Assembly (NCBI GenBank): GCA_973895155.1
Contig: OZ316897.1
Span: 20,277,224 to 20,341,223 of the forward strand
Length of the DNA stretch: 64,000 nucleotides
Source of the DNA: Marsupella aquatica
Lineage: Eukaryota; Plantae; Marchantiophyta
Direction of reading: 5' to 3'
Below are positions 11,478 to 23,170 of this stretch, piece by piece. The notes under the pieces were generated by a model. The model made no database searches. It saw only the letters and a program-made list of their open reading frames with translations, and had not been told where the DNA came from. Position 1 is the stretch's first letter, and each line of letters opens with the position of its first letter. A program made the translations under genes and the position numbers.

Positions 11478-14400
11478 TGTTACATATTGCTCTAGTCTTG
11501 TGACTCATGAGCTAACCACAGTTAGGCTAACTCGGGTTAGGACTTAGCTAATGTTAGCGCTAGTGCTGTTGTGTATTAAGCCAGGGCTGATGCCAGACCC
11601 TGATGGAACTTAGGCTCATTGTTACGGAGCTAGTTGAGAGATTGAGAGAGCTTGTGCTGTGGATGCTTGGTATGGCCGTTCGGCCTAGAGTGCAGTAAAG
11701 CTCTTGTGTGTTCCCGTGGACGTAGCCTCATGTGGAGGTGAACCACGTATCTCTCTGTGTCGACTCTTGTGTGTTGGATGGTTCATGGGCTTGCCGTTGT
11801 GAATGTCGTCAGTGCTCAACAAGTGGTATATATCAGAGCATGCCTGGAAGGTGACGAGGATTTTTCGTGACGGTTTTTCAGCGTTCATTGTCGGTGGCAC
11901 ATTCAGAGTTTCGTTGCATGAAACTTGAATGTGTGTGGTTGTGCGGATAGGTTAGTGAGAGGGCGTTCTAACGGTGGTTAGAACTCGCTGATCGATATCT
12001 GTGGTGCGGAGGAATTGAAAATTTGCGTCATTCAGATTTTATTCGTGTTCGACGGATTTTTGGGGGAGAGACCAGAGATCGCTTTTTTCAACGGTGTGAG
12101 CCGTGCGGTGCGGGAGGGATCGCACATTCTAGCTCAACTTGAAGGTTAAAGCGAGCTGGTCATTTCGGTAGCTGGATTGCTGCCGAGTTGTTATCGAGTG
12201 CGACGTGACGAGTGAAGGAGGCGTTCAGGTTTTTTCACAAGCTATGGAGCTTGTTCTCATCTGAACCAGGTTTCTCATCATGACGTCCGACTCGGTGGAA
12301 GAAACGTGAAGTGCTACGGCTCAACGGTTTGATCGCGACGAGGTGGTCGTTTTGAGCCCGGGATTGGCACTTGACGTGGAGTGAAGGTGACGCGATGGAA
12401 AGTTTAGTCTTTGCTGAGCTTGTAGATGGCGCCGACTCAATTCGGCAACTTTTCATGTCGGTGCACTTCACTTTCTCAAGCTAAACGGCATTTAGGTTTG
12501 TTAAAAGGCCTTATTTGTGGTTAAATCAGCTTTGTTTTTAAAGGTTACTTTAGACTGATTTTTTCGTGTGTATACACACGGCCCGAGGACCTCCCGTCAA
12601 ACATCAATTCTCCCTGGTCGCGGCTGTTTTTGGAGCGCCGGCCGGCGCAAAAACAGCCGCCCTGCCCTTTTGCCGCCGCCCCATTTTTTCTTCCCCTTGT
12701 GCCCCTTTTACTGCCTTGCCCACACCCCCGCAACCCTATCCATTCGAGTTGTCGGCGACTTGCGCCCCGGCCCCCCCCCACGACCCCCGCAGAGTATACG
12801 GGGGCTCCCTCCGCCCGGCCCTCCTTATTAACCACCGCGCCCCGCCCCTCTGTACTCCGGCTGAGCCCTGCCCTGCCTTAAGCTTGCAACCGGGACCTGC
12901 CGCCCGTCGCCCCTCCCTTGTCGCTTTTTCCCCGTACGCAGCTGCGTACGTAGCCGCCCGTATTCTCCCCGGTGTTCCGCCCTTCGTACCCCCGGCCCAT
13001 ACGGGGTATTTTTGGTAAATAAGGGGCTTTGCACCCCTTTAGGACCATTTTTTAACTTTTTCTTTCCTCTTTACTTCTCCATTTGTGCCGGGACCTGCCG
13101 CCCTCCGTTTTAACCGCTTCGACAGGGGGAACGACCCCCTGTGAGACCTGTCGGGCTGTGCGGGAATATTCCCAAAAAATAAAGAGCTGTTTTTTGGCCG
13201 TTCAACAAAGATTCCGTCCGCCAAACGGTAACTTTTTTGGTTCTTTTTCGGTGAGGTCGTCGCCACTAGAGTTAGCAACGCGGTGCACCAATCACATTGC
13301 GATTCCGACGACGGGTTGTACTTGGTATTTTGGTTATTCCCTGAGGTGGTCAAAATAGGGGAGTTTCCCAAGGTTTTATCCACCCCGATCAAAATTTGAA
13401 TAACTTTTCCGTCAAATTTTAATTTTGATTTTGGCTTTTAGTATTGGACTCCTAGCTTTGTGGGCTACGCGGCAGTGTTGAGTTTTGAGTTTTATGAGAA
13501 GTGCCAAAAAAAGACGGTTTTTTGTGATTGTTTCATATGAGTGACTTGGAGAATACTGGAAGAATTGGCGTCGGTGGAGCTTCAGGATTACGATGATCAG
13601 ACGGAGAGTCTGAGGAGGAGCTGCTACCGTTTGAGGAAGAACTAGTGTCACCGGTATGATCACCGGTGCGGCGTGCTATGGAGGAAGTTGTTCTACTACC
13701 AGAGCTATCGGTAGTGGGGAAGAAGAGGGAGATGACTAGATTTGGAGGAGTGAAGTTTGAGGTGGAGAAGTACGATGGTCGTACTGATTACTTGTTGTGG
13801 GAGAAGCAAGTGAAGGGTGTTCTTAGGGCCATGGGCTTAGCTCATCTGCTCTCTTCACGAGAGTAGTATGATGGAGAAGAGGAGATCTCAGAGAAGCAAT
13901 GGAGACAGGAGCAGGTGATTGCAGTCAATGCACAGTGATGCTTTATTTGAAGCCGCACATCATCAAGCAGTTGGATGATTATGCGGATTGTGCGTCACTA
14001 TTCAAGGCTCTAAGAGAGAAGTACGATCAGGAAGATGCATCAAATTGGCTGTATAAAAAGTCTCTCTTGATGAGCCTCGGGCTCAAGGAAGGGAGCAAGA
14101 TGCAGGATCATCTGGATAAATTTGATAGTCTAGCGATGGATCCGTCAAACCTGGGAAAAGGAATTGAAGATGAGGATAAGGCCTTGCTTCTGCTAAGCTC
14201 CTTACCGCCGTCTTATCAGGGCTTGAAATAGGTGCTCTTGTATAGAGATCTGAAGTCCATTTTGTATAATGAGGTGGTGAGCTCTTTACTGTCTGATGAT
14301 GCTCAGAAGAAGCTGGGTCAATCACAAACAACATTTTCTTCTGACACTTCGCTGAACGTGAACCGTGGGAGAGCAGCGCAGCGCTTAAATGGGCAGAACA

Positions 14401-17400
14401 GGTTTAGATTTACATCACGGGGGAGATCTAAATCCAAAGGGAAATTGCAAGAGAGGAAGTCTCTTGCATGTTGGAATTGTGGCAAGCCTAGCCACATGAA
14501 ATGGGATTGTCGAGTAAAGAACCCTACTGCATCAGCAAACGCGGCATCGAGCTCGCATGAGGTAGATTTACTCGATGATGATGACATATTGTGATGCCAA
14601 GGTTATGTTGTCAACGTAGTGTCAAATCCAGGTAGTGATGACTGGATTCTAGATAGTGCATGTACTTTTCACATTTGCTCTATGAGAGATTTTTTTAGTT
14701 CTTACACAGTTTCCAACGGGTCAATGTTGATGGGAAATGGAATCCCATGTCAAGTTGTTGAACTTGGATTTGTAAGATTTCAGATGTTTGATGGTGCTAT
14801 GAGAACGTTGAGGAATCTGAGATATATTCCCAACATGATGAAAAATTTCATTTCACTTGGAGTTTTAGAAACAAATGGCCATCAGTGGAGTTTTGCTAAT
14901 GGTGTCCTTCAGGTTTCAACTGGTACTAAAGTTGTATTGAAGGGAAAGAGACATAACAATCTATACGTTTTGGAGGGCACTGTAGTCTGTGATGAAGCCA
15001 ATGTAACCTGATCTCATGAGGAGACGGCCCGGCTATGGCACTTCTGTTTGGGCCACATGAGTGAAAAAGGTTTGGTTATTCTTTAGAAGAAAGGATTACT
15101 TTCTAATTTGCAATCTTGTAAGTTGGAATTTTGTGAGCACTGTGTGCTTGGGAAGCAGCACAAAAAGCCCTTTGGAGTTGGAACTCACACCAGCAAGAAG
15201 GTACTTGAGTATGTACATAGTGATGTGTGAGGTCCAGCCCCTACTCCCTCACATTTTGGACGGTTATACTATGTCACGTTCATAGATGATTACTCAAGGT
15301 AAGTGTGGATATACTTTCTACATGGTAAGTCTGATGTTTTTGCCACTTTTAAGGAGTGGAAAGCCCAAGTTGAGAATGAGAGTGGTAATAAGGTGAGATA
15401 TCTTTGATCGGATAATGGCGGTGAATACAGTTCCGAGGAATTTAGAACGTATTGTAAGGACTAGGGGACTACCCGCCATCTCACAACAAGTTATACTCCT
15501 CAGCAGAATGGTGTTTCTGAGAGACTCAACCGAACACTATTGGACTGCTTGAGGAGTATGTTGAGTCAATCATGCTTACCACATGAGTTTTGGGCTGAAG
15601 CTGTCAATATTGCAGCTTATTTGGTAAATTTTTCTCCATCCACTTCTATTGGATTCAAGACGCCATTTGAAATGAGGTACGGGCATCCAACAGATTACTC
15701 ACATCTAAGGATTTTTGGATGTGATACTTATGTACTTACACCTTCCCAGCTTTGATCCAAGCTGGAGTCCAAGTCAAAGAAGTGCATTTTCCTTGGCTAT
15801 CAGAAAGGTGTGAAGGGTTATAGGTTATGGGATCCAGTAACCTGTAAGCTAATTGTCAGTAGAGATATGTCTTTTAATGAGTCCAGATCATCAAAGGAGG
15901 GGGAGAGTTCTCAGGACTCCCATACTGACAAGGGAAATCTCCCATCCTGGACTGGGTTGAGGGGGAGATTAGTCATGATGTTGTTCATGATAGGAGAGAT
16001 GGAGAAGCTCCAGACTTGGAGCTGGTTCATGTGATGGAACAAGAGGAGAAGATTATTGCTGGGGTACCTCAAATTCAGCCAGCAACAGCAACAGATCAGC
16101 CTGGGTCATCTACTAGAAGAACTTCCAGTCGTTCTACTACAGCTCCTACCAGGTATGGTCAATGGGCAGACTCATCTAAGCTAGATGATATTGATATTGC
16201 ACCTGATGAAGATGATATGGCTTTGATCTTGGAAGAATGAGAGCTTTCTTCGTACAATGAGGTTTGTGCTTCAGAGCAAAAGCATGAGTGGAATGCAGCA
16301 ATGCAGAGGGAGTTGTAATCTTTGAGTGACAACAAGACATGAGAGCTGGTGGAGCTTCCAAGAGGTTAGCAAGTGGATTTACAAGTTGAAGGATAGTCCT
16401 TCAGAGGGTGGAGACAAGATCTACAAGGCAAGGCTTGTTGCCAAGGGATTCACTCAGGAGAAAGGAATGGATTACAATGAGGTCTTTTCACCGGTGGCTA
16501 AGTATTCCACAATTCGGATCTTGTGTTAGCTTGTTATGTTTTTTGGTTTGGTGATGGATCAAATGGATGTTGTTACTACTTTTCTTTATGGCAACTTAGA
16601 AGGGATCTTCATGAGACAGCCACTAGGCTTTATGAAGAAGGGCCAAAAGAATTTAGTTTGCAGATTGCTCAAGTCCTTGTATGGATTGAAGCAGTCTCCC
16701 AAACAGTGGAACAAGCAGTTTGATGATTTTATGCTTGCTCAAGGTTTTACAATGATGGTGTATGATCTTTGTGTGTATACAAAATCAGTCAAGAATGATG
16801 TATTTGGTTTCATCATTCTGGTGATCTATGTGGATAACATGCTGATTGTGGCTAAAGATCAATCTGAGGTTGACAGTCTCAAGGCGAAATTGAGTGCTAA
16901 ATTTAGGATGAAGGATCTTGGTAAGGCCAAGAGGATCTTAGGGATGGAGATTTTTAGGAACTCTGATACTGGACAGTTATGCTTGAGTCAAGGCCAGTAT
17001 GCGAGGAAAGTACTTGCACAATTCAACATGGAAAACTATAAGCCAGTGAGTTTTCCTTTAGCTTTACATTTCAAGTTATCATCAGCTTTCTCTCCTATGG
17101 ATGCTATGGAAAAAGGTCTGATGGCTAAGATTCCTTATGAGAAGGCAGTAGGTAGTCTGATATATTTGATGACTTATACTAGGCCTGACTTGGCTCTAGC
17201 AATGGGCAAGGTTAGCAGATTCATGTCAAATCCAGGGAAGATACATTGGGAAGCTGTGAAATGGATTCTCAGGTATCTGAAGGGAACACAGGACTATGGG
17301 TTACTATTTGATGCTAGATCAGATAAAACGTTAGTTGGCTATATAGATTCTGACTATGGAGGCTGTCTGGATACAAGGAGGTCTACAACTGAGTTTTATT

Positions 17401-18345
17401 TACTCTTAGAGGAGGATGTATCAGTTGGAAATCTACCTTGCAGAAGTGTATATCTCAGTCTACTATAGAAGCAGAGTATGTTGCAGCAGCAAAAGCAGCA
17501 AAGGAAGCAATTTTGTTAGACAAGTTGATCGCGGAGATGGGTTTAGAGCATGGCAAAATGACTCTAAACTGTGATAGTCAGAGTGCTCTTCACTTGGTTG
17601 CTAACCAGGTGATGGATAGCAGGGTGAAGCATATTGATATCAGGTACCATTTTATCAGGCAAACAGTATTTGATAAAACTTTTGAACTAGTCAAGATTGA
17701 TAGAAAGCTCAATCCCGCTGATGCCTTTACCAAAGTGATTCCTTTGGAGAGTTTCTCAAGACACCGTGTTACTTTGCAGGTTTTGTAGTTGTAGTGCAAG
17801 TAGAGTTATCTAGCAATATGTGACTATTTGTATATGGATTACTCATTCCTGTTTGGCTACAGCTTAGTTCTAGTTAACCCTTAGTTAACCCTTGTGGGTT
17901 TTTGGGGGAGACCTGGTTTGGTGATTGTCTAGAACTTCCCGCTGAGGATTCCATATGGTAACATTTAGTCCAGTCCCCAAGACAAGAGTCAAGGGGGAGT
18001 TTGTTAGATATTGCTCTAGTCTTGTGACTCATGAGCTAACCACAGTTAGTATAACTCGGGTTAGGACTTAGCTAATGTTAGCGCTAGTGCTGTTGTGTAT
18101 TAAGCCAGGGCTGATGCCAGACCCTGATGGAACTTAGGCTCATTGTTACGGAGCTAGTTGAGAGATAGGGAGAGCTTGTGTTGTGGATGCTTGGTATGGC
18201 CATTCGGCCTAGAGTGCAGTAAAGCTCTTGTGTGTTCCCGTGGACGTAGCCTCATGTGGAGGTGAACCACGTTTCTCTCTGTGTCGACTCTTGTGTGTTG
18301 GATGGTTCATGAGCTTGCCGTTGCAAATGTCGTTAGTGCTCAACA
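11478..18345 (+). mobile_element. Full-length but decayed Ty1/copia LTR retrotransposon
   Basis: 344-bp TG..CA LTRs at 11478-11821 and 18002-18345. TSD GAGTA on both sides. PBS tggtat(atat)cagagc after the 5' LTR and PPT aagggggag before the 3' LTR. Order gag-PR-INT-RT-RH. Confidence 0.97.
13732..17788 (+). pseudogene. copia gag-pol, disrupted by many stops and frameshifts
   Basis: KFEVEKYDG gag start, CWNCGKPSHMKWDC zinc knuckle, WILDSAC protease, FWAEAV and KGYRLWDP integrase, KARLVAKGF / LYGLKQ / YVDNML RT, KHIDIRYHF RNase H, split over about 10 ORF fragments. Confidence 0.95.
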
Positions 18346-18498
18346 GAGTATATGTGCACTTATCAATTCTTTGCACTTAGAAAGTTGTTGTCACCAAAAA
18401 CACATCTGGGGCGTGTTTGAACTTAAAAAATGTGCAAAGAGTGCAAACTGTGTGTTACAAAATGGATAGAAGTGGAGGCCTTGCATTTAGCTAGGTTT

Positions 18499-18843
18499 TG
18501 TTGAACATAGACGACAATTGAAACGACAAGCCCATGAACCATCCAATGCACAAGAGTCGACACAGAGAGATACGTGGTTCACCTCCACATGAGGCTACAT
18601 CCACGGGAACACACATGAGCTTTACTGCACTCTAGGCCGACCGGCCATACCAAGCATCTACAATGCAAGCTCTCTCTATCTCTCAACTAGCTCCGTAACA
18701 ATGAGCCTAAGTTCCCTCTCTCCAAGCAAACACTGCTTGGTTATAGAGTGTGCACAGTATGATTAACCTAACCAAGTCTGTGACTAAGGTTAGCATTAAC
18801 TACGGTACAGTCGTAACTCTAGACTTAAGAGTAAATCCTAACA
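18499..18843 (-). mobile_element. Solo LTR of a family related to the adjacent copia, in inverted orientation
   Basis: 345 bp with TG..CA ends and GGTTT on both flanks. 18499-18715 is the reverse complement of the 3' part of the 344-bp LTR; the remainder is more diverged. Confidence 0.9.
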
Positions 18844-18924
18844 GGTTTGCATGCATGGAATTTGCACTTGAAGAGAACCTACTGTAAGAATGTGCTCCAA
18901 TAATCAATAAGTTTCAAATGGATT

Positions 18925-19485
18925 GCATGACCCTAAGTTTTGAGAACTATTCCTCCTCATTATTTCTTTCAGATCAGGTTGAGATTCAATTTAATCTTTA
19001 CCCTCCATGGAATTGGATGTATGGGAGATTGGGAGCTCACAAGTTGAACAACATTTTGTCCAATTGAATTGATTTGGATGGATGTAGACAAGGGTGAAGG
19101 CAGGGCAAACACACTGCTGAGTTAATGTGAACAGTTCAAACAGCAGTGTCAATATATTTGTTTCCATTGTCCAATGCTGATTGCATCAAGCAGTAGCTCT
19201 CCAGTTTATGACCCAGCTACGAGATCTATTCAATTTTCATGATTTACAAAACATTGAGCAACAGGGCCAATGACTCTCTCACCTTACAGGGTGGTGTCCA
19301 ATTCAAGTTGGATGGACATGAGATCCCAGCTTCCTGCACAAAAACAACCAGCCCGTCCATAACATGCAAATTATATTGATTGAATCATTCAGTTTCTTAA
19401 AAATTGCCTCATTGAGTGCTCCCAAGTGCAGGTAGAGTATTCAGTTCAATTGGGACTTAGAGTCTTCACACTCGAATTGAAACAT
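18925..19485 (+). repeat. Diverged dispersed repeat, partly matching 55410-55680
   Basis: Shared blocks aga.c.ggttgag.ttcaatttaatct, tcagtttcttaaaa.t and gttcaattgggac...gtcttcacac...aattgaa. Confidence 0.6.
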
Positions 19486-20008
19486 GTCTCGTAAATTGGA
19501 CTGCCTCTATGTCGACATCTGTAAATTTTTCTTCCCTCCCTTTCCTATTTTCTTTCTTCAACCTTGATTAATTTGAATTTCTTGAGTCCCTGCTTTTCTG
19601 TTTTTCCTCCTTGCCAACCCTGTGAGTGGGAGAGGGCCTGTGCGGTTGGCGAGGGATTGTGTAGGACTGGGGAGTTGGGTGCAAGGAGAATAGAAGGCGG
19701 GATAGAAGGGAGAAAGGTGTGTAGGGTGTCTGGGGTTGGCCAGGCACATGGTCACTCAAGGGCAGAGGTGTGGGCAGTCAAATGCTGGCATGGTCTGCAC
19801 ATTGTGGAGAAGCTGGGAGAGGAAGGAGCAGGGACTAAGGGCAGGCAGGGAATTCAAGAGGGAAAACTGTGGTAGTAAAAAATAATTGAGAGGCAGATTC
19901 AATGGTAATGACAGGCTGGAGAGAGAGTCACAAGGGGTCCAAGATAAATAACCACCCATCAACCTATTCATTAAAAGTGTATTTTCTTTTGTTCACAAAT
20001 GAGTCTTG

Positions 20009-20097
20009 AAATGTACACTTTCATGGCCCCAAATGTACACTTCAAGACACCCAAATGTACACTTTTGTGTCTCTAAATGTACACTTTATAGGCCAAA
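20009..20097 (+). repeat. Left subterminal AAATGTACACTT motif cluster
   Basis: Four copies just inside the left TIR. Confidence 0.85.
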
Positions 20098-20339
20098 TCA
20101 CATTAATATTATATTAATAAATAATACATATTATATTATTTAATAACTCACATAGAAATGGAGGATAAAAACTTATAAAGTTATTTCATCCCCATTTAAG
20201 GACCAGATATTCTGTGAACAAAATAACATCATTCCAAATAGATTATAAAATATCTTTATACAATTATCTGCAAATTTACATTGAATACGAACATATTTCT
20301 AGTACTATCCAAGGGGCTTAACACAAGTCAATTAAATAT

Positions 20340-21398
20340 CTAAACCAAGTGCTCCCTACAATGTGTATTTGAGCATGTGCCCCTGTCTCCTTTCCTATCT
20401 ACCCTATTGTCACGGTTGCAACTCCCTTTATTTTCAGGGAGTTGAAATCTGGTGGTGTTGTTCCTAATGGCTATAATCTCCCGCAAAAAGTGTCTGAGAT
20501 TTTCTCTATATGGACCTGAATAGTCCTTTCCTAAAAATGATTTAGCAAGTGAGTTGACAAGTGCATTGTCAAGTTCCACCTCAGGACGTAAACTACATAT
20601 ACGGTGCTTTACATTCCAAGGGATCTCATTACTGTTGAGGTCCAACACACTATGTGTAAACTGTGACTTCCAAATTTTTGCTGCAAATCTCTTGCTAAGT
20701 TGATCATAAGTAATCTCATTTTTTGCCTTGTCTCTCTTCATGTGCAAAAGAGACCACTTTGGAGAGTTGAGAAGAAGATAACATCGAATGTCACTTGCAT
20801 GTGATAGTTTCTCAAGACATGGCCAAAGAATTGCTAGAAGAAAATTATCTCCACGATTGGCATGCATGTAGGGCACTGGAAATAATCCGGTCATGTCTGG
20901 GTTGGCAAATGCCTTAAGGGGGGAGTCATCCACAAGGAGGGTGTTGGTTTCATCATATAGATTTCCAAATGCATTCCATACCACCTGAAAATCCTTTAGT
21001 AGCACATTTGCCTTTCCGTTTGTAATGTCACGCCTTTGAATGCCTGTGTCAAAGGCTTCCACCTGTGTGAATACAAACTTAAGTTTCAACCGCTCCTCAA
21101 CAGTGAACATCATGTTCAGCATTTTCACTGTTCGTTCTACCCCAGCACAAGTCCAAATTGCAACGTCAAATCTGTCAAAAACCAACTTTAGAAACTCATG
21201 GAGCCCTGGTTGTTCTGTATACATGCGACTAATACCATTTTTTCTATCCCAATGCACTCCACTTGAGGTGACAATATTCCTGGATGTGCCCTTGCTTTGG
21301 AATTCAATAGAATCCCAAAGTATTTTATTAAGGTCCAAAATCAGCAACTTCCGCTTGACGGGACCAGGTCTCGATTCTGCAAGTGCACCAAACACCAT
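20340..21398 (-). CDS. FCP1/NIF-family HAD phosphatase-like protein (transposon cargo)
   Basis: KRKLLILDLNKIL (HAD motif I variant), PGLHEFL..FDVAIWT, KDFQVVW and YDETNTLLVDDSPLKAFANP. Open frame; the true start or an upstream exon is uncertain. Confidence 0.8.
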   Translation of the reverse strand: MVFGALAESRPGPVKRKLLILDLNKILWDSIEFQSKGTSRNIVTSSGVHWDRKNGISRMYTEQPGLHEFLKLVFDRFDVAIWTCAGVERTVKMLNMMFTVEERLKLKFVFTQVEAFDTGIQRRDITNGKANVLLKDFQVVWNAFGNLYDETNTLLVDDSPLKAFANPDMTGLFPVPYMHANRGDNFLLAILWPCLEKLSHASDIRCYLLLNSPKWSLLHMKRDKAKNEITYDQLSKRFAAKIWKSQFTHSVLDLNSNEIPWNVKHRICSLRPEVELDNALVNSLAKSFLGKDYSGPYRENLRHFLREIIAIRNNTTRFQLPENKGSCNRDNRVDRKGDRGTCSNTHCREHLV

Positions 21399-21615
21399 TC
21401 TCAGAGAAAAGACCAAAAGTGAACTTTGGATTAGGATTGTCTCAGTCCAAAAATACAACACAATGGCTGACAAAAACGAAAATTAACCTACATACCGTTT
21501 TTAGAAGCCTCACAATGTGTAGACGGATATGGAAACTTTAATTGGTGAGCCCATTCTGTGAGACCGAGAAGTATTTTAGATTGATATGAATAAATAGAAA
21601 GTCAAAGGCTGAATT

Positions 21616-22023
21616 TCATTCCGAAATAAGAGATCCGTATTCATCAATAATCATGTCAACACCAAGCTCCTGTTGGATTTCAAAATTGACATCTGAAGTA
21701 CTTTGTTCTACCCAATAAGGAGAAGTCCAAACAGGAGTTATGAACCCCAATTCTCCCCTCTTATACTCCTCCTTATTGAGAATTGAAGGAGCAGCTTCCA
21801 ATGATATTTCTTGGCCTCGATTTGGCCCACTTTTCCACACGTAACATCGTGCGTCGCGTTCCAATGACCTCCATCCAGTTGATCCAACTCTATTCCCTTT
21901 ATTTTTTGAGAACGGAAGGACAACAGGACTCCTCGAGTGTGAACGAACGAACACCAATTTGTCATCAGAAGCTGAAAAGAGTGTGTCAGGACAAGTTGAA
22001 GCACCTGCTGTAATGCTGTACAT
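21616..22023 (-). CDS. Possible exon or small ORF of unknown function inside the transposon
   Basis: 135-aa open frame preceded by a plausible short intron (donor near 22089, ctaac branch site and cag acceptors near 22006-22017). No recognisable domain. Confidence 0.3.
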   Translation of the reverse strand: MYSITAGASTCPDTLFSASDDKLVFVRSHSRSPVVLPFSKNKGNRVGSTGWRSLERDARCYVWKSGPNRGQEISLEAAPSILNKEEYKRGELGFITPVWTSPYWVEQSTSDVNFEIQQELGVDMIIDEYGSLISE

Positions 22024-22489
22024 TAGTTAGAAATGATGGAAATTTTATAAATTTTAAACTTTTTCTAACTCAAGGTACAATCTAGTTACCTTTTGTAGCA
22101 ATTTAGATCAACTGAACACTTAACCTAATGTTATGCTTCATCGGAGGCTATTGTATTGGACAAGGATCGCCAATATAAATCCTTGCTCTTTACATGCTAC
22201 CAAGAAAGAAGGCTGGACATCATTGGAGAAGCAATGCAGACTAGAAGATTCAAGAACTGGCCTCCAAAACACTTCTTCAACAAGAATGAGCTCTGTATAC
22301 AATTATCACAATCAGCCGATCTATGCTATTTTAGTTAAATAGCTATCATGGTCAGAAAAGTCTCATACTTTTTCAGGAGGTAGTAGTTGCGTAGTAGAAT
22401 CATCCCTGCAAATTTCATCTCAAACCGACATGTGGTTTGAAAGTTAGAATTAATTTAGTTTTGCTGTTTTTCGCATAGCCGCGACTTCG

Positions 22490-23170
22490 CCGACGCTTTG
22501 TGAAGCGTCCCTTGTATTCTTTGGACGCTTTGAAAAGCGTCCACCCAAAGACCACGACGCTTTCTGAAGCGTCCACCACCCAACCAGTTGTACTCCGACG
22601 CTCTGCAATCCACATGAGGAGCGACGCCCACAGAAGCGTCTGCTACCCCGAAGGCGACATCGACACTGCGACGCCCACAGAAACGTCTGCTACCTCGAAG
22701 GTGACCTCGACACTGTGACGCCCACTGAAGCGTCCCGCCCGGAGCCCAGAAAATGGATGCTGCGACCAAAACCTTAAAATTCAGCCGACGCTTTCTGAAG
22801 CGTCCACAAAAGTCCTTTGTAGTTTTGGACGCTTTCTGAAGCGTCCACAAAAGTCCTTTGTAGTTTTGGACGCTTTCTGAAGCGTCCACTATGTTCTCGA
22901 CACTTAGAAAAATTTTCAGTTTTCGCATTTTTATAACACCGCGCCACTTTTACCGATTTATTTGAGACACTTAGAGATCTCAGAAAAGTCTGAAACTTTA
23001 CCAGCATAGAGACTATATGTAGTAGAGTATCCTAGAAAAGTTTCAACTCATTCCGACTCTTAGTTTAGAAGTCAAAATTAGATTAAAATCATTATTTATT
23101 AGTTTTACCGCAAACACTGACGCTTTGCAAAGCGTCCGCTCAAACCTCGACGCTTTGAGAAGCGTCCCCT
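22490..23170. repeat. Cluster of GACGCTT-N4-AAGCGTC palindromes, including 41-bp tandem units
   Basis: Copies near 22492, 22524, 22556, 22787, 22828, 22869, 23119 and 23149. Confidence 0.85.

Noticed and set aside
12545-13392. Several overlapping Pro/Gly/Arg-rich ORFs
   Set aside because: By-product of high GC content in the copia leader; no domain signal.
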